A program made the translations under genes and the position numbers. This document shows positions 55,411 through 64,000 of a DNA stretch of 64,000 nucleotides, in pieces. The notes under the pieces are model-generated. The model ran no database searches. It was not told the DNA's origin and saw only the letters and a program-made list of their open reading frames with translations. Each line of letters begins with the position of its first letter. Positions within the stretch are counted from its first letter, which is position 1. Where the stretch lies: sequence record MZ779063.1. One strand, given 5' to 3'.

Positions 55411-58400
55411 ATGGCAGACTTTATGTATCTCCATCCTTCTGTACAAACACAAATCAACTCTTATCAAAATAATTACCCTACAGCTGAAGGTCCTGTAACA
55501 TTATTTGCTGCAGACACTTTTGAAAAAGGTAAAGATGGAGTTATTGATTTTGTAGGTACTGAAGAAGAATTTATTTTTAAATATGGTGAACCAAACTATA
55601 CGAAATACGGTCAAGCTGCTTATAACCTCGTGAACTGGTTACGTTCTGGTGGTCAAGCTTATGTATTACGTGTATTACCTAAAAATGCAACTTACTCTCA
55701 TGCTATATTAAACGTACAAAGTAGAGTACAAAAAGATGGTAAAAAAGTTTTAACGGATGCAAATGAATTAGTTAAAATTGATGATGTTAAAATTCGTCCA
55801 ACAATTGCATTTGTTAAGAAAAATAATAGAAATATTGAAGAATTAGTTAACGAAATCACTTTAGATCGTGGTAATGAACAAACAGTAGACGGTTATAATA
55901 ATAACTTCTTACTTTTAGCTTATCCAAATGGTCGTGGTGAATCTTATAATGATTTAGGTATTCGTTTAACTTTAAATACTTCATATGACACTAGTGGTCG
56001 TACTGAACGTGTTTATAACTTAGAAGTACTTGAATTTGACGAATTTAGTAATGTTAATGTAATTGATGGCCCATTCTTAGTTACATTTGATCCAGATTCA
56101 ATTTCAGATACTGGTGAATCAATGTTCATCGAAGAGGTTGTTAATCGTTATTCTAAATACGTTAACATCAAATTTAATCTAGAAAACTTCCAAAATCTAG
56201 CTAAAGAAATTAATCCTAATGTACATCCTGCAAGCATTGATGTTATTTCTGGTAAATCTAAAGTTAGTATTGATGGAACTCCTGAGACTTTCTACTCAGA
56301 AAAAACTAAACAATCTGAAGATATCCATATCACTTTACACCGTTACAATAATAAAGGTGTACCAGTAACTATTAGTGGTAACCCTGTATTGAATAAACCT
56401 GATTTTAACGATCCAGTTGAAAATGCATTAATTTCATTAGACAATGGTATGCGTGAAAAAACTTTCGTTACAGATTCAGATCGTCTTTCTTACATGAGAG
56501 ATCAATACAAAACTTTACGTTCTGATAATTTTACAGAATTTAAATCATTATTAAATAAAATTATTGTACCGGGTAATGGTTTATTTGAAGATGATGCAGG
56601 TAGCTTACCTAAAACTATTAAAGATAATTTAGTTTCTGCAAAATTAACACAAGAAGATGTAACTGCAGATATCAATGATGAAGAAGCAGTTGAAGAAGAA
56701 TTAGCTGGAAAATTCAAACCTTCTGAAATTAATTTCGGTGGTAAACCTGCTGGAGCAGCTGAACGTTTAGTTCAAGATTATAACACTTATTTTGAAGATT
56801 CAAATGAAGAAAATCTTTCTGCAGTACTTTCAGGTACAGAAGAAATTGGTTCTTTATTATTAAACGAATTCTTAGATAACGGTAATAAACTTAACGCTGC
56901 TTACGAATTAGTTTATAAATCTAATTCAGGTATTTCTTCAAATCCTAAATATCAAGCTGATGTTAAAGAATTACGTGATGTATTGGCTCAAAAAGACCAA
57001 ATCCGTATCTTTGGTATTCAACATAAATCTAATATCTTAGATATTACAAATGATATTGCTGAATTACGTATTGGTATGAAATCAGTTACTAACTTAGAAG
57101 GTATGTCTAAAGTATTAAATGATACTGAAACAGAATTACGCTATGTAATTGACAACTTAATGCCTGCTGTTCGTGAAGGACTTCCTAAAGAAGCAGTTGA
57201 CTTTATTAACACTGTTCCTGATGGTGATGATGAAGATACAGAACGTGATTTAGTTTCTCCAGAAGCTATGTTAAACTCATTAGCTGACAAACAAATGTTA
57301 GTTGACGATATTAACTTAGGATTAATGGAAGACAATGCTGCTAACCGTGAAGAAGTATTCGTAGCTTGTAATGAAATCGCTAACCAATTAGTTGATTTAA
57401 TTAACAGAGCTGTTTCAGTAGCTTCTGTATATAAAGTTGCTCGTGCGGTACGTATTGCAGCTAATACAATCTATTATGATATTTCTATCTTCCGTAAAAA
57501 TATTGATGAAATGATTCAAACTCGTTCTAACTATACAGAAAGAGATATTACATTGAATGCTCATCAAAATATTGAATTAGCTGTTGCTAACTTGAATAAA
57601 GCTAACTCTAAATACTTCAATACTAATCTTATTGATGTATCTAGTCCAGTTAAATTCTTATTCGGTTCTGATGGTGACTTCTCTTATGCTGAAGACATTT
57701 CATATAAAGATCGTAAAAACTCTGTTAACCGTGAATTAATTAAAGCTTATAAAGGTTTAATTGATGAAGAAATTACAAACACTAAAGCTTATCCATTTGA
57801 TGTTGTTCTTGATGCTCGTTATTCTAACGAAGTTAAGTTCGCTATCTCTGAATTAGCTAAAAATGTTCGTAAAGACTTTGTATTCTTAGCTGATACGGTT
57901 ACTGATCGTTACCCAGTTAGTCCTGAAGATGCAATTAGATGGAGAAAAGAAGAATTTGCTGTTTCTTCTGAGTATACAGCTATTTACTCTCAAGATTTAA
58001 CTTACTATGATGAGTACACTGGTAGAGACATTCGTTTCACACCAACTTATCGTTTAGCTTCAATGATTCCTTATCAAGCTGTTAACTCTGGTTTACACTT
58101 CCCAATTGCAGGACCTAGACGTGGACTAGTTGAAGGACATAAAGCTTTATCTTGGGCTCCTAATGAACCTTATAAAGAAAAACTTTATACTTCTAAAATT
58201 AACTACATTGAAAAAGATATTGATAGAACTAAATTTGGTGCACAAATGACTTCTATTAAATCTGATGGTCCATTATCTAACTTGAACAATATCTTTACAT
58301 TAAATCAAATTAAACGTGATGCAGAAACTCTTGTTTCTGATTACCAATTTGAATTAAATGATGATGAAACTCGTTCAATTATGGGTACAGAGTTGAATGC

Positions 58401-58563
58401 TTATCTTACTCGTTATGTATCTAACCGTAGCTGTGAAACTATTCAAGCTGAAGTTAGTGCAGATGAATACGATAAATCTCAACGTATTGTACGTGTTAAA
58501 ATTTCTGTTAAATTCAACAATGTTATTGAACGTATCTTCATTGACATTAATGTTGAAAAATAA
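55411..58563 (+). CDS. Tail sheath protein (1050 aa)
   Basis: HPSV N-terminus, EF..KYGEPN, YLRVL, C-terminal GPRRG, NNIFTL..IK, VKFNNVIERI. Confidence 0.92.
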   Translation: MADFMYLHPSVQTQINSYQNNYPTAEGPVTLFAADTFEKGKDGVIDFVGTEEEFIFKYGEPNYTKYGQAAYNLVNWLRSGGQAYVLRVLPKNATYSHAILNVQSRVQKDGKKVLTDANELVKIDDVKIRPTIAFVKKNNRNIEELVNEITLDRGNEQTVDGYNNNFLLLAYPNGRGESYNDLGIRLTLNTSYDTSGRTERVYNLEVLEFDEFSNVNVIDGPFLVTFDPDSISDTGESMFIEEVVNRYSKYVNIKFNLENFQNLAKEINPNVHPASIDVISGKSKVSIDGTPETFYSEKTKQSEDIHITLHRYNNKGVPVTISGNPVLNKPDFNDPVENALISLDNGMREKTFVTDSDRLSYMRDQYKTLRSDNFTEFKSLLNKIIVPGNGLFEDDAGSLPKTIKDNLVSAKLTQEDVTADINDEEAVEEELAGKFKPSEINFGGKPAGAAERLVQDYNTYFEDSNEENLSAVLSGTEEIGSLLLNEFLDNGNKLNAAYELVYKSNSGISSNPKYQADVKELRDVLAQKDQIRIFGIQHKSNILDITNDIAELRIGMKSVTNLEGMSKVLNDTETELRYVIDNLMPAVREGLPKEAVDFINTVPDGDDEDTERDLVSPEAMLNSLADKQMLVDDINLGLMEDNAANREEVFVACNEIANQLVDLINRAVSVASVYKVARAVRIAANTIYYDISIFRKNIDEMIQTRSNYTERDITLNAHQNIELAVANLNKANSKYFNTNLIDVSSPVKFLFGSDGDFSYAEDISYKDRKNSVNRELIKAYKGLIDEEITNTKAYPFDVVLDARYSNEVKFAISELAKNVRKDFVFLADTVTDRYPVSPEDAIRWRKEEFAVSSEYTAIYSQDLTYYDEYTGRDIRFTPTYRLASMIPYQAVNSGLHFPIAGPRRGLVEGHKALSWAPNEPYKEKLYTSKINYIEKDIDRTKFGAQMTSIKSDGPLSNLNNIFTLNQIKRDAETLVSDYQFELNDDETRSIMGTELNAYLTRYVSNRSCETIQAEVSADEYDKSQRIVRVKISVKFNNVIERIFIDINVEK

Positions 58564-58571
58564 TTAAACTT

Positions 58572-58605
58572 ATAGGATACGGCTTAATATACAGTCGTAT
58601 CCTAT
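58572..58605 (+). terminator. Intrinsic terminator
   Basis: ATAGGATACGGCT/AGTCGTATCCTAT. Confidence 0.75.
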
Positions 58606-58716
58606 TTTATTATATAAATAAAGATCTTATATTAAATTATACGTATGAAGATGGTATATAAACTTCTATAATATACATTTATGTAAATAAGATTAATGAA
58701 AAGGAGAAAATAATAT

Positions 58717-59523
58717 ATGATTTTACCAAGTAAAAATCAGCGTGTGTTTGATAATAACATCGCTAAGAACAAGTGGTTCTATAATGGACATATGAATCTT
58801 CAAACTCTTGAGTTTGATCCATTCGTAACTGGTTATTCATTCATAGTATGGACTAAGATTCCTTCTTGGGTTGAAAAACAATTCCCTGGTTTTAAAGCTA
58901 TGACTCAAAAGAACTTTAAATCATTCCAAGGTTTAGAAAACATTGAAATGACTACAAACGATTATATGCATACGTTTAACGGTAATAACTATCGTACAGC
59001 TGCTAGTATTACAAAAGGAAACACTGGTTTCCAAATGACTCACCAAGAATTCTCTGGTAGTCCAATTAAAAATATGTATCAATACTGGGTATCTGGTATC
59101 CGTGATCCTCGTACTGGTATTGCAACTTATCCTAAAATTCATAATTTAGAATATGCTGCTAAAAACCATACAGGTGAATTATTATATATTCAAACTCGTC
59201 CAGATGCTAATAATACATCTAAAAATAATATTGAATTCGCTGCTTATTACACTGCAGTAATGCCTACTCGTATTTCTCTTGATCACCATAACTACACTAT
59301 GGAAACTCATGAAGAAGCACAAATTGAGCAAGACTTTGCAGGTAATATGGAAATTTCAGCACGTGTAAATGACTTTGCTAAGTCTAAACTTAATGAAATT
59401 TACAGCTTCACTGAACAAGGTATGTTTGATCCATCTGCACCTAAAACTGCTGGAGATAACTTATCTGATTTCGACTATAATAAAGGTGGAATCACTGGTT
59501 CAGGTAACGGAGATCTTAAATAA
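58717..59523 (+). CDS. Tail tube protein
   Basis: Follows sheath; EFSGSPI..MY.YW..GI.D, AVMPTRI tube-like motifs. Confidence 0.8.
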   Translation: MILPSKNQRVFDNNIAKNKWFYNGHMNLQTLEFDPFVTGYSFIVWTKIPSWVEKQFPGFKAMTQKNFKSFQGLENIEMTTNDYMHTFNGNNYRTAASITKGNTGFQMTHQEFSGSPIKNMYQYWVSGIRDPRTGIATYPKIHNLEYAAKNHTGELLYIQTRPDANNTSKNNIEFAAYYTAVMPTRISLDHHNYTMETHEEAQIEQDFAGNMEISARVNDFAKSKLNEIYSFTEQGMFDPSAPKTAGDNLSDFDYNKGGITGSGNGDLK

Positions 59524-59542
59524 TAGATTCTCTCAAATAAAA

Positions 59543-59574
59543 TCCCCTAATACTAAATTAATAGTATTAGGGGA
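59543..59574. terminator. Bidirectional terminator
   Basis: 13-bp stem between convergent genes. Confidence 0.8.
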
Positions 59575-59585
59575 ATATTTTTGAA

Positions 59586-61751
59586 TTATTTATTAATTCT
59601 ACTGTATATATGACAAAATGTTATGTCGTCTAAATTTACTGTTTCATTTAATAATCTTTCTTTCCAGTTCTCTCCAAGATCATATATCATTTCTGATAAT
59701 ACTTTTTCTGTATAATTTTGTAAAGGAACTAGTTTAGCATCATATTTACTGAATTTTCGTATATAGTTTTCATAACTTAAATCGTCAGATACATATTTAA
59801 TAGATTCAAATATATAAGGTTTAAATATCATATATCTATCAAAATCCATATCATCATGAATCATCAATAATTTAGGTAAATAATAAGATTCAATAGGTAC
59901 TTTAATTTCTAATCCTTGAATATTATTTTTATAATGAACTTCATATTTTAATTTTCTATCTTTCCAATCAAAATTATTAAGAGCATAATGTATAGGTTCT
60001 TCTTTAAGGTAATAATCAATTCCATCATTACTATATGATTGAACACTATCAAACGATCTAGGATCGTTATCTGAATCAATATTATTTAACTCATTATCTT
60101 CATTAGTCATTACATAATCTTCATATATAAAATAATAATTTTTAATATTAGGATACACTAAAGCTTTTTTATTGACATTTGAATGTTTTTTGACTGTATT
60201 TGAATTTATAATAAGAGAATCAAATAAGAAATTATTTTTGTCAGGTGTAGTTATTTGTATATCATTTTCTTTTCTAAGATAAATTTCATTGATATATTCA
60301 TCTATATTCATTTCTGGAAATCTCTTATATAAACCTAATGTACATAAATTGTTATGATCTTCATGAACTTTAGCAATATAATTTTTACCATTAATATTTA
60401 CTACCGCTTCTTCTTGTTTAGAATTCTTTATTTGATCATTATTAAATTTTCTTCTAAATAATATTTTGAAATCATACATTCCAGATTCAGATAAATTTAA
60501 AGTATTCTTAACAGTTCCTGTAGTTAAAGAAAATTTATCAGATAAACTACTAACTTCTTCTATATTTGTAGTTTTATTATCTATTTTAAAAGTTTCTAAA
60601 GTTTTACCGGTTCCTTGATTATAAGAATCATTATCTATATAGAAATCTTTAATAGGTACTATAGTTCTAGTTCCTACTTTAAAGTGATTTTCTTGTTTTG
60701 AATAGAAAGGATTTTTAGCTTCAGGAACTTCAACTTCTTCTAATAATATAACGTTTATATCATTTTCTTTAGTAGAGAAGTTTTTATCATATTCAAATTT
60801 AAATGTGTGAATTCCTTCTTCTAAATATAAAGGCGGTTCTTCAAAATATTCATCTTTAGCATCATCATATTTTTCTAATATAGATCTAAACCATAATAAA
60901 CTTTTATTCGTAGGAGTTCTAAAATAACTTCCCACATTATCTATAAATACTTTATTCACTGTACCATTATTATAATGATTTCCAGCTTTAAATCTTACTT
61001 CATAATGGGATGATTTAGGAATATTAATTTTCATTTCTAATATTCCATCTTCTATAGTCACATATCCTTTTCCTAAGAACCTATCATAACCTGAATCTCT
61101 CTTATAAGCTCCATCAAATTCACTTTCTCTAGTTCTATAAACATCACCTAGATATGCATCATAGAATATTCTTCCATCTTCTACTAATCCATTATATATA
61201 ATGCCATCTATTAATTCAGATTCTTTTAATATTTTTTGATTAAACGCATAGTCTTTAGGATAATTATTATTATCTTTATAGACTGGTGGATAAGGTTCAA
61301 TTTTCACCTCACTTTCTACCAGATTGTTAAAATTTAAATCTTCATACTCAATATTACCTATATAATTGGTATCATATATTCTTTCCATTTTACCTAAGTA
61401 ATTATAATATATTGTAAATAAATCATATTTTAATTCACCAATTAATTCATAAGGTCTTTCTTCATAAACTAAAACATCTTTAGTTAATTCATTTTGATTT
61501 AATATAGGATTTTCAATTCCATATTCTTTTTTAATATAGGAAGCTGATTCAAATAAATTAACCTCACCATCTTCTTTAAAAGATAATTTTTTGTATTCAT
61601 CAGAATCAAATTCTATTTTTAATAATAATTTTTCTTTCTTTTTAGTTTTAGTTGTAATCAATGGTCTATTTTCATTATCTTTAATTTTAGTAATAACGAT
61701 TTCACCATTATTATTTTTATCAATTAACTCTTCTATTCTATAAAGCTTCAT
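59586..61751 (-). CDS. 721-aa protein with two putative carbohydrate-binding (CBM6/35-like) modules
   Basis: Two similar segments: S.HYEVRF...VFIDN...LYLEEGIHTFKF and SGMYDFKI...VNING...IYLRKENDIQI. Confidence 0.5.
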   Translation of the reverse strand: MKLYRIEELIDKNNNGEIVITKIKDNENRPLITTKTKKKEKLLLKIEFDSDEYKKLSFKEDGEVNLFESASYIKKEYGIENPILNQNELTKDVLVYEERPYELIGELKYDLFTIYYNYLGKMERIYDTNYIGNIEYEDLNFNNLVESEVKIEPYPPVYKDNNNYPKDYAFNQKILKESELIDGIIYNGLVEDGRIFYDAYLGDVYRTRESEFDGAYKRDSGYDRFLGKGYVTIEDGILEMKINIPKSSHYEVRFKAGNHYNNGTVNKVFIDNVGSYFRTPTNKSLLWFRSILEKYDDAKDEYFEEPPLYLEEGIHTFKFEYDKNFSTKENDINVILLEEVEVPEAKNPFYSKQENHFKVGTRTIVPIKDFYIDNDSYNQGTGKTLETFKIDNKTTNIEEVSSLSDKFSLTTGTVKNTLNLSESGMYDFKILFRRKFNNDQIKNSKQEEAVVNINGKNYIAKVHEDHNNLCTLGLYKRFPEMNIDEYINEIYLRKENDIQITTPDKNNFLFDSLIINSNTVKKHSNVNKKALVYPNIKNYYFIYEDYVMTNEDNELNNIDSDNDPRSFDSVQSYSNDGIDYYLKEEPIHYALNNFDWKDRKLKYEVHYKNNIQGLEIKVPIESYYLPKLLMIHDDMDFDRYMIFKPYIFESIKYVSDDLSYENYIRKFSKYDAKLVPLQNYTEKVLSEMIYDLGENWKERLLNETVNLDDITFCHIYSRINK

Positions 61752-61781
61752 TGTAATAACTCAACTCTCTTCTATAATATT

Positions 61782-63242
61782 TTATGATAATGCACTTCCA
61801 ATAGCACTGTTAGGATGAGGGTTTGCTTGAGATTTATAACCGTAAATAGTATCATCTATTTGTTGTTTAAATACTCTTCCTTTTAACACTTGCATACTTC
61901 TTGAATACTGATTTTGCATATTAATTTGAGCTTTATCTATAATTGATAGTTGATCTCTTCTAATACCTGCTAAACAATCAATATAAGAAATTAAACCTGT
62001 ATTAAATTTCATACGTTGGAATGATTTTGATGCCATTAAGTTAGGGTACATATCTCTTACATTTAGTGAAACTGTTATTTCTCTAGGGAAACCATCTGCT
62101 GTCCATGTACCTTCTTCTCCACGAACTATATTCATTGATGTTATAATACCTGTATGACATTCAAATCTACCAGGACAGTTTGCTCTAACAATGAATGGTT
62201 GTTTATATGAGAAAATAGAATCTTGTAAAGGTAAAGCTAATACCAATAATGACATGAACGGTAAATATACATTTTCAAAAATAGATTGAGGATCTCCATA
62301 CGCACTATAGAATTTAAATTCTAAGTTATAAGTACGGTCAAAAGTTGAGTTCATCCATACATCAGGATAATACATTGATGCTCCATCTAAATTTTCCATA
62401 AAGTTACCAACTATACCACCTAATACTGGCATATTTGCAACCATATCATTAATGCTATCTTTAATAGATCTTGTAATTTTACCTAAAATAGAAGCTCCTC
62501 CAATACGAGCCATTTCTTTTTCTTCACGTATTTCTTGGTTTTTATTATTAATCTGAGAAGCTATATCAGATTGATTATACTCATGCATTGCTGATTCAGA
62601 TACACTAGTAGCTTTATCCGCATAATAAGCTAAACCATAGTTTTTGTCATCTAAAGATCCACCTAAATCAAATGATCCTTTTAATCCCATAGATGCATGT
62701 AATTGACTTCCCATGGTTTGTACGTATTTATAATATTCACTCATTTTAGGTTCAAAACTAACCATACGTCCATCTTTAGTATTACCTATACCAACTAATC
62801 CAGCTGTAGTATTTGCCAATCTATCTAAACCTTCTCCAAAACTCCATAATTTACCTTCACCCGGTTTACCAAATAGTTTACCGTTCAATTTAGGCATACC
62901 TGGCATTATAAATACTAAAGGTAAGTCTAATTCAAATGTTCTTTTATATATTCTTCTATTAGGGTCATCTAAACTAGAGTAGTACATAGGCATTCCAAAT
63001 ACATCTAGTTCACCTTTAACATTTCTCAATTTAGTTTTATCGGAAGCACCATATTCAGAAATATTACGAGTATTACCTGTAGCATCTTTAAATACACCTA
63101 AATCATTCTGACTTGGATCATATTCTTGGAAATCATAATCACCTTTAGTTTCATCAGGTTTAGGTATTAAAGCAATATCGTCATCACTAATATCTAAAGG
63201 TTTCGTACTACCTTTTTCATTTTTATCTTTTTCTTCTGCCAA
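61782..63242 (-). CDS. Baseplate/tail tube initiator (T4 gp48/gp54-like)
   Basis: FDRTYNLEFKFY...PFI...GIITSMNI..G...DGFPREITVSLNVRD. Confidence 0.6.
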   Translation of the reverse strand: MAEEKDKNEKGSTKPLDISDDDIALIPKPDETKGDYDFQEYDPSQNDLGVFKDATGNTRNISEYGASDKTKLRNVKGELDVFGMPMYYSSLDDPNRRIYKRTFELDLPLVFIMPGMPKLNGKLFGKPGEGKLWSFGEGLDRLANTTAGLVGIGNTKDGRMVSFEPKMSEYYKYVQTMGSQLHASMGLKGSFDLGGSLDDKNYGLAYYADKATSVSESAMHEYNQSDIASQINNKNQEIREEKEMARIGGASILGKITRSIKDSINDMVANMPVLGGIVGNFMENLDGASMYYPDVWMNSTFDRTYNLEFKFYSAYGDPQSIFENVYLPFMSLLVLALPLQDSIFSYKQPFIVRANCPGRFECHTGIITSMNIVRGEEGTWTADGFPREITVSLNVRDMYPNLMASKSFQRMKFNTGLISYIDCLAGIRRDQLSIIDKAQINMQNQYSRSMQVLKGRVFKQQIDDTIYGYKSQANPHPNSAIGSALS

Positions 63243-63283
63243 TATTATTCACTTCCTTTAATTTCATTTATTTTGAAATAATA

Positions 63284-63323
63284 TATGCGGATATGACATA
63301 TAATAAACTGTCATATCCGCATA
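63284..63323 (-). terminator. Intrinsic terminator
   Basis: 15-bp stem TATGCGGATATGACA/TGTCATATCCGCATA. Confidence 0.75.
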
Positions 63324-63373
63324 ATCTTTACTATATAAAAGAGTTGTTCTTCTATTTATTCAAATTATTAACT

Positions 63374-64000
63374 TTATTTACCTGAAAATACTGGTATAGC
63401 AGATCTCACGTCAATATTGAATTGATCTCCATAAGCTCTATTAATAGCTTCTTGAAGATCAGAATCTCCTTGTGAAGGTCCATTATTATTACCTGGATTG
63501 ATAATAATAGTACTTCCGTTTCCATTATTACCACCTGTACCAGGATTATATGGATCATTAGGATTAACAATGACATTACCATTATTATTACCATTATTGC
63601 CATTAGCTCCATTGTTTCCATTTTGTCCATTATTTCCAGTATTGCCGTTGCTACCATTATTTCCATTTGCACCGTTAATAATATCTGGATTATTTTGTAA
63701 ATTATCTTTAATGATTCTATCAATTTCTTTATTAATTTCTTTGATAATTACATTACCTTTAGAATCAACTAAGTCACCTTTATTATTGATAGTCGTGTTA
63801 TTAAAGATATTATCACCTTTATTAATAGTAGTGTTATTACCTTTAAATGACATTTTTCTAAGTTGATCTAACATCTTAGCTGTATTTTTATCAATATTAC
63901 TTGTATGCTTAGTAATTTCATCTAAATCCATACGTTTTTGCTTATCAACTTTCATAGGTCCATTTTTGTAAGATACTGTAGAATTGTTATAATTATTGGT
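63374..64000 (-). CDS. C-terminal part of a tail-associated protein with Gly-X-Y (Asn-rich) repeats; 5' end outside window
   Basis: Frame stays open from 63955 to the window edge (TNNYNNSTVSYKNGP-M). Confidence 0.75.
   Translation of the reverse strand, partial: TNNYNNSTVSYKNGPMKVDKQKRMDLDEITKHTSNIDKNTAKMLDQLRKMSFKGNNTTINKGDNIFNNTTINNKGDLVDSKGNVIIKEINKEIDRIIKDNLQNNPDIINGANGNNGSNGNTGNNGQNGNNGANGNNGNNNGNVIVNPNDPYNPGTGGNNGNGSTIIINPGNNNGPSQGDSDLQEAINRAYGDQFNIDVRSAIPVFSGK

Noticed and set aside
63498-63866. Plus-strand Pro/Leu-rich ORF, and minus-strand 63406..63723
   Set aside because: Shadows of the Gly-Asn repeat gene
1-64000. tRNAs, CRISPR arrays, integrase, IS elements, stop-codon reassignment
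   Set aside because: No cloverleafs or repeat-spacer arrays seen; long genes read through under the standard code

Overview
64 kb of a very AT-rich lytic jumbo myovirus of the PBS1/AR9 type. The host is inferred to be a low-GC Firmicute, most plausibly Staphylococcus (class Ib nrdHIEF, DUF1617, phiLC3-type holin, staphylococcal-looking surface proteins). Layout: (1) 1-13.7 kb, a + strand early region of small membrane proteins and hypotheticals behind TATATATTAT promoters; (2) 13.9-30.6 kb, an acidic repeat protein, two paralogous tail fibres (998 and 2662 aa), RusA, holin and membrane genes; (3) 30.7-47.8 kb, tail completion, baseplate, neck, prohead protease, core proteins, major capsid protein and terminase; (4) 49.6-54.1 kb, ribonucleotide reductase cassette; (5) 54.3 kb, a stand-alone RNA polymerase beta' C-terminal fragment; (6) 55.4-64 kb, tail sheath, tube and baseplate genes. 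Late genes carry AR9-like AACA-N6-TA promoters. No tRNA, rRNA, CRISPR array, integrase, intron or intein was seen. Best novel leads: seven otherwise dissimilar early proteins ending in the same ~17-residue C-terminal tag, and an intergenic H-type pseudoknot at 265-320. All product calls come from motif recognition by eye; no database search was run.
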